Of a stretch of DNA of 64,000 bases, positions 28,997 to 39,077 are shown piece after piece. Below the pieces are notes generated by a model. It worked only from the letters and a program-made list of their open reading frames with translations, was not told where the DNA came from and did no database searches. Both the position numbers and the translations under genes were made by a program. Each line of letters begins with the position of its first letter. Positions within the stretch are counted from its first letter, which is position 1. Origin of the DNA: Alphaproteobacteria bacterium (GTDB lineage: Bacteria > Pseudomonadota > Alphaproteobacteria > SHVV01); NCBI GenBank assembly GCA_965261735.1, contig OZ253470.1, forward strand, positions 1,920,001 through 1,984,000, written 5' to 3'.

Positions 28997-30184
28997 CTAC
29001 CAATAGTGGACCGTGACGAACTCGCCGTTTCTGATCTCGACCTCGCGGTAGCTGCCGGCCGATTCGCCAGGACCGATCAGCTCTACCGCGGAGCCGCCCA
29101 CATAGTCGACCTCGCCGCCGTCCTTGAGGATGCGGAGCCCCTTTGCGAGCTCACCTGGGTAGATCTTCTCACCCGGCGCGTTGGCGACGGTCATGATCTT
29201 CTCCTTGTAGAGCGCGGGATTGGAAGAACCGGCAGCCTGCATTGCAAGCATCAGGAGAGCGGCAGCATCATAGGACTCTGCCGCATAGGGTGCGCTTCCA
29301 TTCAGGTTGTTGGCCTCGCCGAGTTCCTTCATGCGCGCTGCGCCCGGCGTGTCGGAACCGGGAAGTTGGCCGAATGACCCCTCGAGGTCGGCGCCGAGGT
29401 TCTCAATGAGGGAGTCCCCGATCATGCCGCTCCCGAGGACGAATAGGTCGAAGGCGCCGGTATCGAGCGCGCTACGAATGATTCCGAGACCGCCCTGATC
29501 CACGTAGCCCGCGACCACGAGAGCCGTACCGCCAGCCGATGCCAGGGTGCCAACCTCGGCCAAATAGTCGGCCCGCCCGTCTTCGTGAGCAAGGCTGATG
29601 GTAATGTTGCCGCCGCGAGCTTCGAACGCGGTTGCGAACGCATTGGCGAAGCCCTTCCCGTAATCGTTGTTGGTATAAGTCAGGGCAACGTCTTTGATGC
29701 CGCGTTTCATGAGTATTCTGGACATGATCTTGCTCCCGCGCGCATCGGACGGTGCGGTGCGGAAGAAGAGCCCGTCATCCTCGGCCGTCGAGAGGGAGGG
29801 CGACGTCGCCGACGGCGAGATCATGACCATCCCGTGCGGGCGCGCCACGCTCTGCAAAATGGCCCCCGTGACGCCCGAGCAGTCGCCGCCGATGATGCCC
29901 TTGACCTTGTCTGCGGTGACGAGACGCTCGGCGGCGGTAGTCGCTGCCGCGGAATCGACGCATGTCGAATCCGCCCGCACCGTGGCGACAGTGGCGCCGT
30001 TGAGCAGGAGCTTAGAGTTCGTGACTTCCGTTACGGCAAGCTCTACCGCGGCGGCCATCGGTGGCGTCAGGGATTCGACTGGGCCGGTAAATCCGAAAAT
30101 GACGCCGACCGGGATTGTCTCCTGGGCGGACGCGCTCGTTACCATTGCGGCCAACGTGGAGATGGCCATGAACAGCTTTCTCAT
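28997..30184 (-). CDS. ABC transporter substrate-binding protein (branched-chain amino acid/LivJ-like)
   Basis: Signal peptide; ISPSATSPSLS..FFRTAPSDA; VDYVGGS. Confidence 0.9.
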   Translation of the reverse strand: MRKLFMAISTLAAMVTSASAQETIPVGVIFGFTGPVESLTPPMAAAVELAVTEVTNSKLLLNGATVATVRADSTCVDSAAATTAAERLVTADKVKGIIGGDCSGVTGAILQSVARPHGMVMISPSATSPSLSTAEDDGLFFRTAPSDARGSKIMSRILMKRGIKDVALTYTNNDYGKGFANAFATAFEARGGNITISLAHEDGRADYLAEVGTLASAGGTALVVAGYVDQGGLGIIRSALDTGAFDLFVLGSGMIGDSLIENLGADLEGSFGQLPGSDTPGAARMKELGEANNLNGSAPYAAESYDAAALLMLAMQAAGSSNPALYKEKIMTVANAPGEKIYPGELAKGLRILKDGGEVDYVGGSAVELIGPGESAGSYREVEIRNGEFVTVHYW

Positions 30185-30215
30185 GATTGGAGCCTACTTC
30201 GAGAACCGGACAGAC

Positions 30216-30380
30216 TGACGTTAATAACCCCAAAATCCGGACCGGGTGGTTCTTCATCTATGCGGCCTGAGGATGGTCATGTCCCTCATGGCCTGTGCCG
30301 GCGTACGGTAGCCGCTGCTCGAGTGGGGTTGTCGTTGGTTATAGAAAATCTCGATATATTCGAAGAGCGCAGCCCTGGAC
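30216..30380 (-). mobile_element. IS3-family 3' remnant
   Basis: Minus-strand RAALFEYIEIFYNQRQPHSSSGYRTP followed by an IS3-like right end (GTCCGGATTTTGGGG). Confidence 0.6.
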
Positions 30381-30432
30381 GGATATTGCTTGAGAATAGA
30401 TAGAGAATCGTGCCGACGCTGATTTTACCGCC

Positions 30433-31578
30433 TTACCCGCTGACTTCGGCGATTCTGCTCGCAATCCGATTGGCAGCGGATTTGACCGGATCGTTAGCGA
30501 GATGGGCGTAACGGGCGGTAGTCTGGACCTGGGTGTGGCCGAGCAATTTTCCGATCATTGGCAAACCCTCGCCGACCAGCAGCCCGCCGCTGGCGAAAGA
30601 GTGCCTCAAGTCATGAATTCGTACATCGTCGAGCGCGGCGCGCGCGCGGATGCGCCGCCAGGGATGTTGCAGGTCAGTAAGATGACTTCCCGGTTTGCGC
30701 CCCGCTATTACCCAGGGGTTGCCGTCACGCCTGTCGATGCGCTCAAGGACGGCGATCGCCGGATCGCCGAGATACACCACCTTGGCGCCCGTCTTGGAGT
30801 CCGGCAGGCGCAACTCACCCGCCTCCAGATCGACATGCTCCCAGAGCAGCTTCTGTATCTCCGATAGACGGCACCCGGTCAGCATCAGCAACCGCACCGC
30901 GGTGATGGCTGAGGCCGTCTCCGAACCGTCCACCTCGATATCTTTCAGGGCTGCGCCCAGACGTTGATACTCGACATCCGATAGAAACCGCTCGCGCTTC
31001 TCCTCTCGGAATCGCTTCACATGCCGGCACGGGTTCGAGCCGTCGGGGCGGAGATCCCACAGCTCCGCCAGATTGAACATCTTGGACAAAACCCCAAGCG
31101 TACGGTTGGCCTGATAGGGCGTGTCGCGCATATCGTAATGGAGCGCCGCGATATCGCTCCTCTGAATATCAGGCACCCGGTACCTGCCGATCCGGGGATC
31201 GATGAACAGCTTGACTGAGCGGCGGTATTCCTCGGCCGTGCTCGGCTTGCAATGGGTGGAGACATATTCCTTCAGGAACCGTTTCCCCAGCGCGATCATG
31301 GTCGGCGCGTCGGCATTGCGCCCCGCGGGGTTCTTTCCCGCTCTCGCGTCGGTGATGATCTCGGCGGCGCGGACGCGGGCATAGGAGGGGGTAACGGCGC
31401 CATGGGGGCCTATGGTCATCTTTATCACCCGGCCGCGATAGCGGGTCTTGACGATATAGACCTTGCGTCCGGTGGGGTGAACGCGCACCCCGAATCCTTT
31501 GAGGTCGTCGTCCCAGACAACGCGTTCGCGCTCTTGGCCGGCCAGTGCATCGACGGTGCGCTTGGTAATTTTGGCCAC
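30433..31578 (-). CDS. int: tyrosine integrase with N-terminal arm-binding domain
   Basis: WDDDLKGFGVRV; LTGCRLSE (R), SKTG (K), HDLRHSFAS, LLGH, TARYAH. Confidence 0.95.
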   Translation of the reverse strand: MAKITKRTVDALAGQERERVVWDDDLKGFGVRVHPTGRKVYIVKTRYRGRVIKMTIGPHGAVTPSYARVRAAEIITDARAGKNPAGRNADAPTMIALGKRFLKEYVSTHCKPSTAEEYRRSVKLFIDPRIGRYRVPDIQRSDIAALHYDMRDTPYQANRTLGVLSKMFNLAELWDLRPDGSNPCRHVKRFREEKRERFLSDVEYQRLGAALKDIEVDGSETASAITAVRLLMLTGCRLSEIQKLLWEHVDLEAGELRLPDSKTGAKVVYLGDPAIAVLERIDRRDGNPWVIAGRKPGSHLTDLQHPWRRIRARAALDDVRIHDLRHSFASGGLLVGEGLPMIGKLLGHTQVQTTARYAHLANDPVKSAANRIASRIAEVSG

Positions 31579-31746
31579 CGCGCTTTATCCCCTTGCAATC
31601 GGATATCAGGCACCTTATAGGTACCTAGAGAGAGCAAGTCAAGGCGCATTGAAGCGCACCCCTGCGCACTCGAAAGGTCCATAAAGCTACAGTTTATCGC
31701 ACTAAAGCGCACTCCAGCGCATGTGTGTCATGACGATAATTTCAAA

Positions 31747-31791
31747 CTCATAACCTGAAGGTCGCTGGTTCAAATCCAACCCCCGCAACCA
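31747..31791 (+). other. attR-like 3' half of tRNA-fMet (not a full tRNA)
   Basis: CTCATAACCTGAAGGTCGCTGGTTCAAATCCAACCCCCGCAACCA: CAT anticodon loop, T-arm and CCA; 5' half absent; adjacent to the integrase. Confidence 0.85.
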
Positions 31792-31833
31792 TCATAAACC
31801 CCTTAAAACAAACATGTTTTCAGGGGTTTATGA
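31792..31833. repeat. inverted repeat/hairpin immediately after attR
   Basis: TCATAAACCCCTTAAAACA..TGTTTTCAGGGGTTTATGA. Confidence 0.75.
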
Positions 31834-32137
31834 TTCACTGTATTTGTCAAAAAATCCTTCAGTCAACACATGGTCAACACGAGAGTGCGAGCGCGAATTT
31901 TGTATTCGCGCTCTGGTCCCGTATCTGTTCGGCCAAGCCGTGGAATCGTCCAACCTGCGGATGAGGTCGAGCGCGCACCCGCCCCATTTGCTGCCATTGC
32001 TGCTGTTCACCGCCATGCTCAATTCGATGCAGCACGGTCTGAACGAACGCTTACCTGGTCCCGGACTTCTCACGAGGCGGTTTTTGTTCGGTCACGGCGT
32101 GATGAAGGGCCGCAAGGGGTGACGGAGGACCCTGATC

Positions 32138-33015
32138 TCACCGGTTGAGAGTGCGACGCCAGTCCTTCCGCAGGGGTCGGAGCCAGATGTCCTTCTTCGG
32201 TTGATCCCGTCTGGTGTGTCGGTCGTATCGGCCCCGTCCCTTGGTGGCGACGAGAGTCCAGCCGGACGCCTTGTACAAGGCGCCGGTGAAGCGCGGGGTC
32301 ACGACGAAGGTCTCGATGAGCACGGGCGTGGTGTTGTAGCGCTCGGTCCAGTCGTCGGGCAGTTGCCGGCGGACCAGCGAGAGGATGTGCGAGCCCAGGT
32401 TGGGGATCGTGATCCAGGGCAAGATGAGGAACCGCGGATTGTCGGTCACGAGGGGAAGGTTCTTCTCGCGCAGTTGCGGCGTCCATCCGATGAAGCTGTC
32501 GCGGGGTGCGAGCTTGCGTGCCGCCGTGCTGAAGCCGAGCATGGCGAGCGGTGCGCCGTGGCGGTCGTGGACGGCGTAGCGCATCTGTGCGCCGACTAGA
32601 GTCTTGTAACCGAGGTAGTGGTAGCGGGCGACGAACTCGTTCCACCGCTTACCCTCGCGCGTGTAGCGCGCGACGGGCCGCAGGCTGAGCGGGCAGACCT
32701 CATCGAGGGTGGTCGGCGCCGGGACGGCGGCGGTTCGGTGTCCGGTCCGAAGACCATGGGCCGGCGCGGAGGGCGTGGGCATTTCGGCGGCGGTAAGACG
32801 ATCAGCCCGTCCTTGTGCATGGCCAGCATGGTCACCCTGGCCATCATGTCCTTGAGTCCGCCGTCGGGCTTGAGCCAGCCGATGCGTCGGCAGAACTCCC
32901 TGGACAGCGCATGGCGGTTGGGCGGCGGAGAGGCGGCGATGAGCGTGCGCAGCACCACCATCTCTTGGGTGGTGAAGTCGCGCCCGTAGTACCGGCACTC
33001 GGCGTCGGCCGTCAT
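32138..33015 (-). pseudogene. DUF4338 (DruA-like/IS-associated) gene, frameshifted near 32725
   Basis: RYYGRDFT..LSREFCRRIGW in one frame; WNEFVARYHYLGY..RDSFIGW..NPRFLILPW..LIETFV in another. Confidence 0.75.
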
Positions 33016-33211
33016 CCTGGCGCCATCAGGGCGCGCCTGCGTTCCTCGCTCATGGACCATGGAAGCCATGGCGACCGGTCGTCTGGCAGGTTGGCACTCC
33101 GGTCTACGCGCGGCGCTCTATCAAGCCGCCACGGTGATGCTGAACCGCGCGGGACCGAACTGGCTGAATGCCTGGGCGCTACGTCTGGCGAAGCTTCGCG
33201 GCAAGAAGCGC

Positions 33212-34172
33212 GGGAGTATCCGGAATTTTGTGCTTTGGGCCATAGTGATGAAAAAGAAAGGAGCATCCTATGGCAATCGAGAAGGAACTATTGGACCAGC
33301 TGTTGGAGGGGCGTGATCCGGAAACGGTATTCACCCAGGACGGTCTGCTTGACGAGTTGAAGAAAGGGCTGTCGGAACGTGTCCTGAATGCGGAGCTCGA
33401 CGCGCATCTCGATGCGGAAACGGCGGATGGAAAAACCAATCGCCATAACGGCCGATCGCAGAAGACGGTCCTCACGGGTACGTCGAAGGTGACGCTGGAT
33501 ATTCCACGTGACCGGGCCGGCACCTTCGATCCGCAGCTGATCGCTAAATACCAGCGCCGGTTCCCGGACTTCGACGAGAAGATCATCTCCATGTATGCCC
33601 GCGGCATGACGGTCCGCGAGATCCGCGGTCACCTTCAGGAGCTGTACGGTATAGAGGTCTCACCGGACCTGATCTCAACGGTCACCGATGCCGTTCTCGA
33701 GGAGGTGAGCGAATGGCAGAACCGGCCGCTGGATGCCTGCTACGCCATCGTTTTCTTCGACGCCATCCGGGTCAAGATCCGCGACGAGGGGTTCGTTCGC
33801 AACAAGGCGGTGTATATCGCCCTCGCCATTCTTCCCGATGGCACCAAGGAGATCCTCGGTCTGTGGATCGAGCAGACCGAAGGCGCCAAGTTCTGGCTGC
33901 GCGTCATGAATGAGCTCAAGAACCGGGGCGTGCAGGACATCCTGCTCGCCGTCGTCGATGGTCTCAAGGGCTTCCCCGAGGCGATCAACGCCACCTTCCC
34001 CGAGACTGTGGTTCAGACCTGTATCGTCCACCTGATCCGCCATTCCATGAATTTTGCGTCATGGAAGGATCGAAAACATGTGGCCAAGGCGCTCAGGGAC
34101 GTATACCGGGCCAAGGACGCCGATGCCGGCCTGGCGGCGCTGGATGCCTTCGAGGCCGGCCCCTGGGGCGAG
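33212..34172 (+). mobile_element. IS256-family element, 3'-truncated (transposase from 33270)
   Basis: Left end GGGAGTATCCGGAATTTTGTG; IPRDRAGTFDPQ, FFDAIRVKIR, VVDGLKGFPEAI, QTCIVHLIR. Confidence 0.9.
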
Positions 34173-34199
34173 GGCCGCATGTCGGCTAGATGCTCCAGG

Positions 34200-35655
34200 T
34201 TCATATCTACGTTCGGGACTCATGGCCTTGACCTGCATCGTCTCCCGCGGTGGCTGTGGCGGGGCGACAACCGGGTTCGCTGTGAAATCGAAGGGGATGC
34301 CGAAAACATCGGCGTATTCCACATTGAAGAGCCCTTCGTCAGGCCCTTCTTCGTTCACTTCGTAAGATTGGCGGCGTAGGGCACGGCCGATGACCTGCTC
34401 GCACAGAAGCTGGGTGCCGAAGGCGCGAATGCCGAGAACGTGGGTGACGGTATTGGCATCCCAGCCCTCGGTGAGCATCGATACGGAGACGACGCAACGG
34501 ATGGCGCCGCCAAGCTGGTCGGGCTTGCCGACGGTGTTCATGACCTCGCGGAGCAACTCCTGGTCGGTGATGTTGTCGCCGGCACGGGGGTCGCCGCTGC
34601 GCTCTACGATCTCGCGACGAAAGCGCTTGATTTCGCTGGCCGCCATGCCGCGAAAGTTCTTGTCGAGCGCGTCGCCGGCTTCGAGTTGCTCGCTATCGAT
34701 GAGGAGCGTGTTCGGACGCGGGAGAGGGTTGCCAGTAGTTTCGTCGAAATTGCGGAATAAGGCGAGGCGTCCGTTCACCAGGCTGGTCGTGTCGTCGTCG
34801 TTTTTGCGACGAAAACCGGAAATGAAGTCGTAAACAAGTTTCGAGATGGCTGTGTTCTGGCAAACGACGATGAAGCAAGGGGGAACTTTGATGCCCCGTT
34901 CGTCCCAAAGCTCGAAGGTCTTCTCGTAGTGGCCATAGAGAGCTTGAAGCGCCGTCTGTAAGCGCGTAGGGAGTTTAAGGGGGTCGAGTTCTTCGCCTTT
35001 GCCGCGCCCCTTCTTGGGCATGTCTTTTCGGATGTTTTCCCAGAGGTTTCGGAACATCGGCATTTCGTTGCCAGGAATATTTTCTGCGACAGGGACGCGC
35101 GGTAGTTTGACGATGCCGCACTCGATAGCATCCATGAGCGAAAAGTCGCTCATCGTCCACGGGAACAGCGTCCCCTCGGCGTAACCGGAACCCTTTAGAA
35201 AAAATGGCGTTGCTGACAAATCAATGACGCCGCTAAGGCCGAGCCTGCGATTCACTGCTTCAAGGCCCGAAATCCAGAGGCGTGCTGCCTCATTGGCTTT
35301 CTCCGCCTCTTTCCTCTCGTCACCTTTCAGATCTGCATCGTCGGCGTCTTTGAATTTCTCCCGATAGCAATGGTGCGCTTCGTCATTGATGACGAGGATG
35401 TTCTTCATGCCCATCAAGCCGGGCATAACCCGCTGGAGCATTTGGCCTTCCGTCTCCAACATCTTCAGTTCCTCGCCGCCACGTCCTTGCAGGAGTTGGC
35501 GCCCACCTTTGGACAGGGCGATGCGCTCGCGCAGCTTGAAGGCGTGGTAGTTGGTGATAACGATCTTGGCCCGGTTCACGTCATCGAGCATGTCGCCAGG
35601 AACGAGTTCGCGGTTGGCGTAGTAGCTATCGGGATCATTGGGCTGGAGGCGGAGC
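34200..35655 (-). pseudogene. internal fragment of a type III restriction Res-like helicase
   Basis: ITNYHAFK, INDEAHHCY, DLSATPF, SVSMLTEGWDA, CEQVIGRALRR; Walker A region and C-terminus missing. Confidence 0.8.
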
Positions 35656-36020
35656 GCGTAGGGTACTGGCAAGAGGCTGCCGGGAGCGGGGATCTGCATG
35701 AAGGGTCCGGAGAGCGGATCCCGAACTACGAGGATCACGACTGGAACGAGCAGCGCGAGCATCTTGCTGAAGATCTGGCCAGTTCGTCAGCGGTGTTCCA
35801 AAGGCCCGTGTTTCAGTTCTATCAGGCGGCAGCAGCGCATCGCGTGTACGTGCTGAGAGATCTTCTGCCGGGCCACGGATTGCTCGGTAACTGACCGGCG
35901 GGCGAGGCATGCAATTTGGGCTTGCCCGGGTAATCGGAGTAGGGATGCGGTCAGCATCGGCCGGCGGGAGACCATGACGCGATTTGGTTCAATGCAATCC
36001 GTGGACGGGGGAGAGGGGTT

Positions 36021-36887
36021 GTGAACGATAGGACATCGGGAGCGGCCGCTGGCGCCGTCGAGGCGGGAAAACCGGCTGCGGAGGCGAAAATACCGACAGC
36101 CAGGCCCGACGACGTGAAGCCGGGGCGGGATTTGGAAGATCTGATCGCAGAAGCCCGGGCGCTGGCCCTCTACGTTTCACGTCACGGCGATGCGCTGTCG
36201 AGCGACAATCACAAGCTGCACGAGGAGCTGTTGGCCGCCATAGCGAAGGTGGTCGATGAACCGTCCACGAGCGGATGGCGGGAACTGATGACCGCATATG
36301 CCAAGGTAACGGCGGTGACGTACAAGGACCGCGGGGTGAATGGGCGCACAATTCTCGATACCAAATTGGCTGGCAACACCAGATTCTGGCGTTTCGGATC
36401 GCCCAAGGATCGGCCGATACGCATTGGTATCCTGTTTTTTGTTCTTGCCCTGTTACTCGAACTGTTGATGCATTGGAGTGGCGGTGTATCGGACGCCACG
36501 ACGCTGGGCTGGATTGGTAGCTTGGGTCACCTGATCGGCACGACGCTCTCCAATCTCTTGTCACCCGCTCTATGGGGTGGCCTCGGGGCCTGTATCTTCC
36601 TGACCAAGCGGATATCGGACAAGCTGTTCGAACTGGCCTATGAAGAATCCCGCATGCGGGGCGATGTCACGCGTATTTTCCTCGGGTCCATGCTCGGCGT
36701 GGTGGCGGTGGTGCTGATCTTTCCCGACTTCACCGAGCGTGTCGTGCTCGGAGATGCGAGCCTCGGCCCGGCAACGGTTGCTTTTGTCGCCGGACTGGGT
36801 GTGAAACCGGTCTATGCGGCATTCGAGTCGTTGAGCGAGGAGCTCGCGCGCCGTTTCAGCGGCAAGAGACAGGCGGACCAGGGATGA
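36021..36887 (+). CDS. uncharacterised membrane protein (soluble N-terminus + about 4 TM helices)
   Basis: GAGAGG RBS + GTG; hydrophobic segments IGILFFVLALLL, ALWGGLGACIFL, RIFLGSMLGVVAVVLIF, VAFVAGLGV. Confidence 0.75.
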   Translation: MNDRTSGAAAGAVEAGKPAAEAKIPTARPDDVKPGRDLEDLIAEARALALYVSRHGDALSSDNHKLHEELLAAIAKVVDEPSTSGWRELMTAYAKVTAVTYKDRGVNGRTILDTKLAGNTRFWRFGSPKDRPIRIGILFFVLALLLELLMHWSGGVSDATTLGWIGSLGHLIGTTLSNLLSPALWGGLGACIFLTKRISDKLFELAYEESRMRGDVTRIFLGSMLGVVAVVLIFPDFTERVVLGDASLGPATVAFVAGLGVKPVYAAFESLSEELARRFSGKRQADQG

Positions 36888-37867
36888 GCGGGTTGAGATT
36901 GGTTCTGGCGGTCTTGTCGATTCCGGTCTTCCTGGCCGCTGCGTCAACGAGTTTGGCTGGAGGCCGGCCGGTTCAGGAGCCCCCGAAGGGCTACGACCAT
37001 GACCGGTTTGCCCCGAAACCCGACATATTGCGCGTGTTTCGGGGTTTCGTGGTGAGCTTCGATTCCAAGGATGACGATGACGGCCGATCGGGTGGCGATC
37101 TGCTGCGTGTGCCGCATTGGGTAAGCCAGGAACTGAGGAGTTGGGAGCCGCCGAAGGCGGTACAGGATGACGCCGCCGCTTGGTGTCTCGATACGCTTCG
37201 TAACCGGCCGAAATGGTTTACCGATGAGGATCTGTTCGAGACCGGCGTCGCCCCGAATGACGATAGCTACCGGAGCAGCGGGTTCGATCGAGGTCACATG
37301 GCGATGAAGCTGCTCGTCGAAAGGCTTGGACAGGACGCAGCCTACAATACGCATACGGTACTGAATGCAATCCCGCAGAGGCCGAAGTTCAACCAGGGGA
37401 TATGGCAGAACCTGGAATTCCTGACGGGTGCATGGGCGCAGAAGTACGGAAAAATCTGGGCAATTCAGGGTCCAGTTTTCTACAAGAAGACGACTCTTGC
37501 ATGGATAGGAGACGAAGGAGAACGGAAGGTGGCGGTCCCCGACGCGGCCTTCAAGGTAGTTGTTCGCGAGAAAACGGAGCAGGAGAGAAGCGTGGCGAAG
37601 GAGAGAGATCGAGATGCTCCCGAAGTTCTTGCGTTTTTGTATCCACAATTGGGCCCAGGGTATTTTGAATCGAGAAAGGACTATCGCCATTCGAGATTTC
37701 TAACTTCGGTTGATGAAATCGAGGAGCTGACGGGCCTGGATTTCAAACTGTCTCCCGACTCAGCTGTGGAGAAGCGGCTGGAACGTCGTCGGGCGACGGT
37801 ATTGTGGGAGCCGAGTGAGGTGGATCTGAAGCAGCGTCGCCTGTTTCTTTCAGGATGTCGTAATTGA
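36884..37867 (+). CDS. exported DNA/RNA non-specific endonuclease (NucA/Serratia His-Me type)
   Basis: Signal peptide ending SLA; PHWVS, GFDRGHM, NAIPQRPKFNQGIWQNLE, GPVF, VPDAAFKVV, IEELTGLDF; ATGA overlap with upstream gene. Confidence 0.9.
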   Translation: MSGLRLVLAVLSIPVFLAAASTSLAGGRPVQEPPKGYDHDRFAPKPDILRVFRGFVVSFDSKDDDDGRSGGDLLRVPHWVSQELRSWEPPKAVQDDAAAWCLDTLRNRPKWFTDEDLFETGVAPNDDSYRSSGFDRGHMAMKLLVERLGQDAAYNTHTVLNAIPQRPKFNQGIWQNLEFLTGAWAQKYGKIWAIQGPVFYKKTTLAWIGDEGERKVAVPDAAFKVVVREKTEQERSVAKERDRDAPEVLAFLYPQLGPGYFESRKDYRHSRFLTSVDEIEELTGLDFKLSPDSAVEKRLERRRATVLWEPSEVDLKQRRLFLSGCRN

Positions 37868-38248
37868 TTGGCTTTGCCGCTGTTCGTTTGCACTCGTGAC
37901 ATGGGCGTGGGGAGAACGTGGTCCGATCAACTGGCGCATCAGTCAACGTCGCAAATGGTTACGGACAACAGGGGACATGCTGCGACTGGATATAGATAGA
38001 ATCCGCTTACTATACGATTTCGGTTCACTGGATAGGTAGAAGTGGTGGGTCTGAGAGAAACCTATTTGTCAACATATTTCAAAGGTGTACGACCGAGCAA
38101 AACGGCGGACGACTAACTGGCGTCACACAAGAGTGCCGTAGATCGCGAGTTGTGTATTCCGGCGGTACGGGTTCGGGGCAGACTTTGTTTCTTTGCCCGC
38201 GGCCATTCCGGGCAAGCAAGCACGAACGCGATTCGGGCCGGATCGATC

Positions 38249-38821
38249 TCAGCGCCAGGGGGCGATCAGGATCTCGTCGACCACAGAGATCGTGTCGTCG
38301 CGCCCGATCTTGAGCAAGAAGACCTCGCCCGAGGCGGGGATCCGGCCCGTGAGCGCCGTGATGTTCACCTGATGGGTAACCAGGACAACGGTTTTCCCGG
38401 GCTGCAGGCCGAGCAGGAATTGCCGGAGTTCGGCGGTCTGCCGGCCAGCCCGGTCCCGGTTCCGGAAGAAAGAGTTCAGCGCGGGCAGGTCCGCGGCGGG
38501 GCCGAGGTCGAGGAATCGGGCCGTGTCGCGGCAGCGGCACCATTGGCTGGTGACGACCCGGTCGACGGTCGCGCCGGCGGCGCGAATCGCCGCCCCGATC
38601 TTTCGCGCCTGTTTCCGGCCCCGGGCGTCGAGATTGCGCTGGGTGGCGCAATCGTCGAGCGCGAACGATGCGGGGTCTCCGGTCCCCGGCGCGAAGGCGT
38701 GGCGCAGGATGGCGACAATGCCGGGCTCGGACAGGCGGGCAAAACGCGCGTCCGCGGCTGTCGGCAACGGGGAGAGAGAGAAGGCCGCCACCAGGGCGGC
38801 GGCGAGAAGCAGGCGCGTCAT
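38249..38821 (-). CDS. exported histidine phosphatase family protein
   Basis: Signal peptide; LRHAFAPG, QRNL, SQWCRCRDTA, VTHQVNI. Confidence 0.85.
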   Translation of the reverse strand: MTRLLLAAALVAAFSLSPLPTAADARFARLSEPGIVAILRHAFAPGTGDPASFALDDCATQRNLDARGRKQARKIGAAIRAAGATVDRVVTSQWCRCRDTARFLDLGPAADLPALNSFFRNRDRAGRQTAELRQFLLGLQPGKTVVLVTHQVNITALTGRIPASGEVFLLKIGRDDTISVVDEILIAPWR

Positions 38822-38983
38822 CGGCAGCTGTGTGAGACGGAGTGGCAATCGGGGCCGGCTGGACGAATCTAGCCCCCGGATTCGGAAGCTTCCAGTCATG
38901 TTGAGCATGCAATGCGCCGGTTGACGATGGCCAATGCCGGTCCTAACGGTGTCGGGTAAATGGAAGACCGACGGAATGGGGCG

Positions 38984-39050
38984 GTGAGCGAACGGGTCGC
39001 GCGGCTGCGCATCGAGCTGCAGGAGCTGGAGCCGAAGATCTGGCGGCGCA
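38984..39050 (+). pseudogene. 5' fragment of a pRiA4b ORF-3 family gene
   Basis: GTG-SERVARLRIELQELEPKIWRR, then breaks off. Confidence 0.5.
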
Positions 39051-39077
39051 GCCCTGACAACGCCGTGTCTGGCACGC

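Noticed and set aside
31747-31791. Complete tRNA-Met gene
   Set aside because: The acceptor 5' strand and D-arm are absent; only the 3' half is present.
32138-33015. Druantia defence system (DruA)
   Set aside because: Frameshifted, partially duplicated like a mobile gene, and no DruE or other dru genes nearby.
34059-35762. Functional type III restriction enzyme
   Set aside because: Both ends of the ORF are foreign sequence, Walker A is missing and there is no mod gene.
38040-38075. Second att/tRNA remnant (TGGTGGGTCTGAGAG)
   Set aside because: Too short, with no T-arm match.
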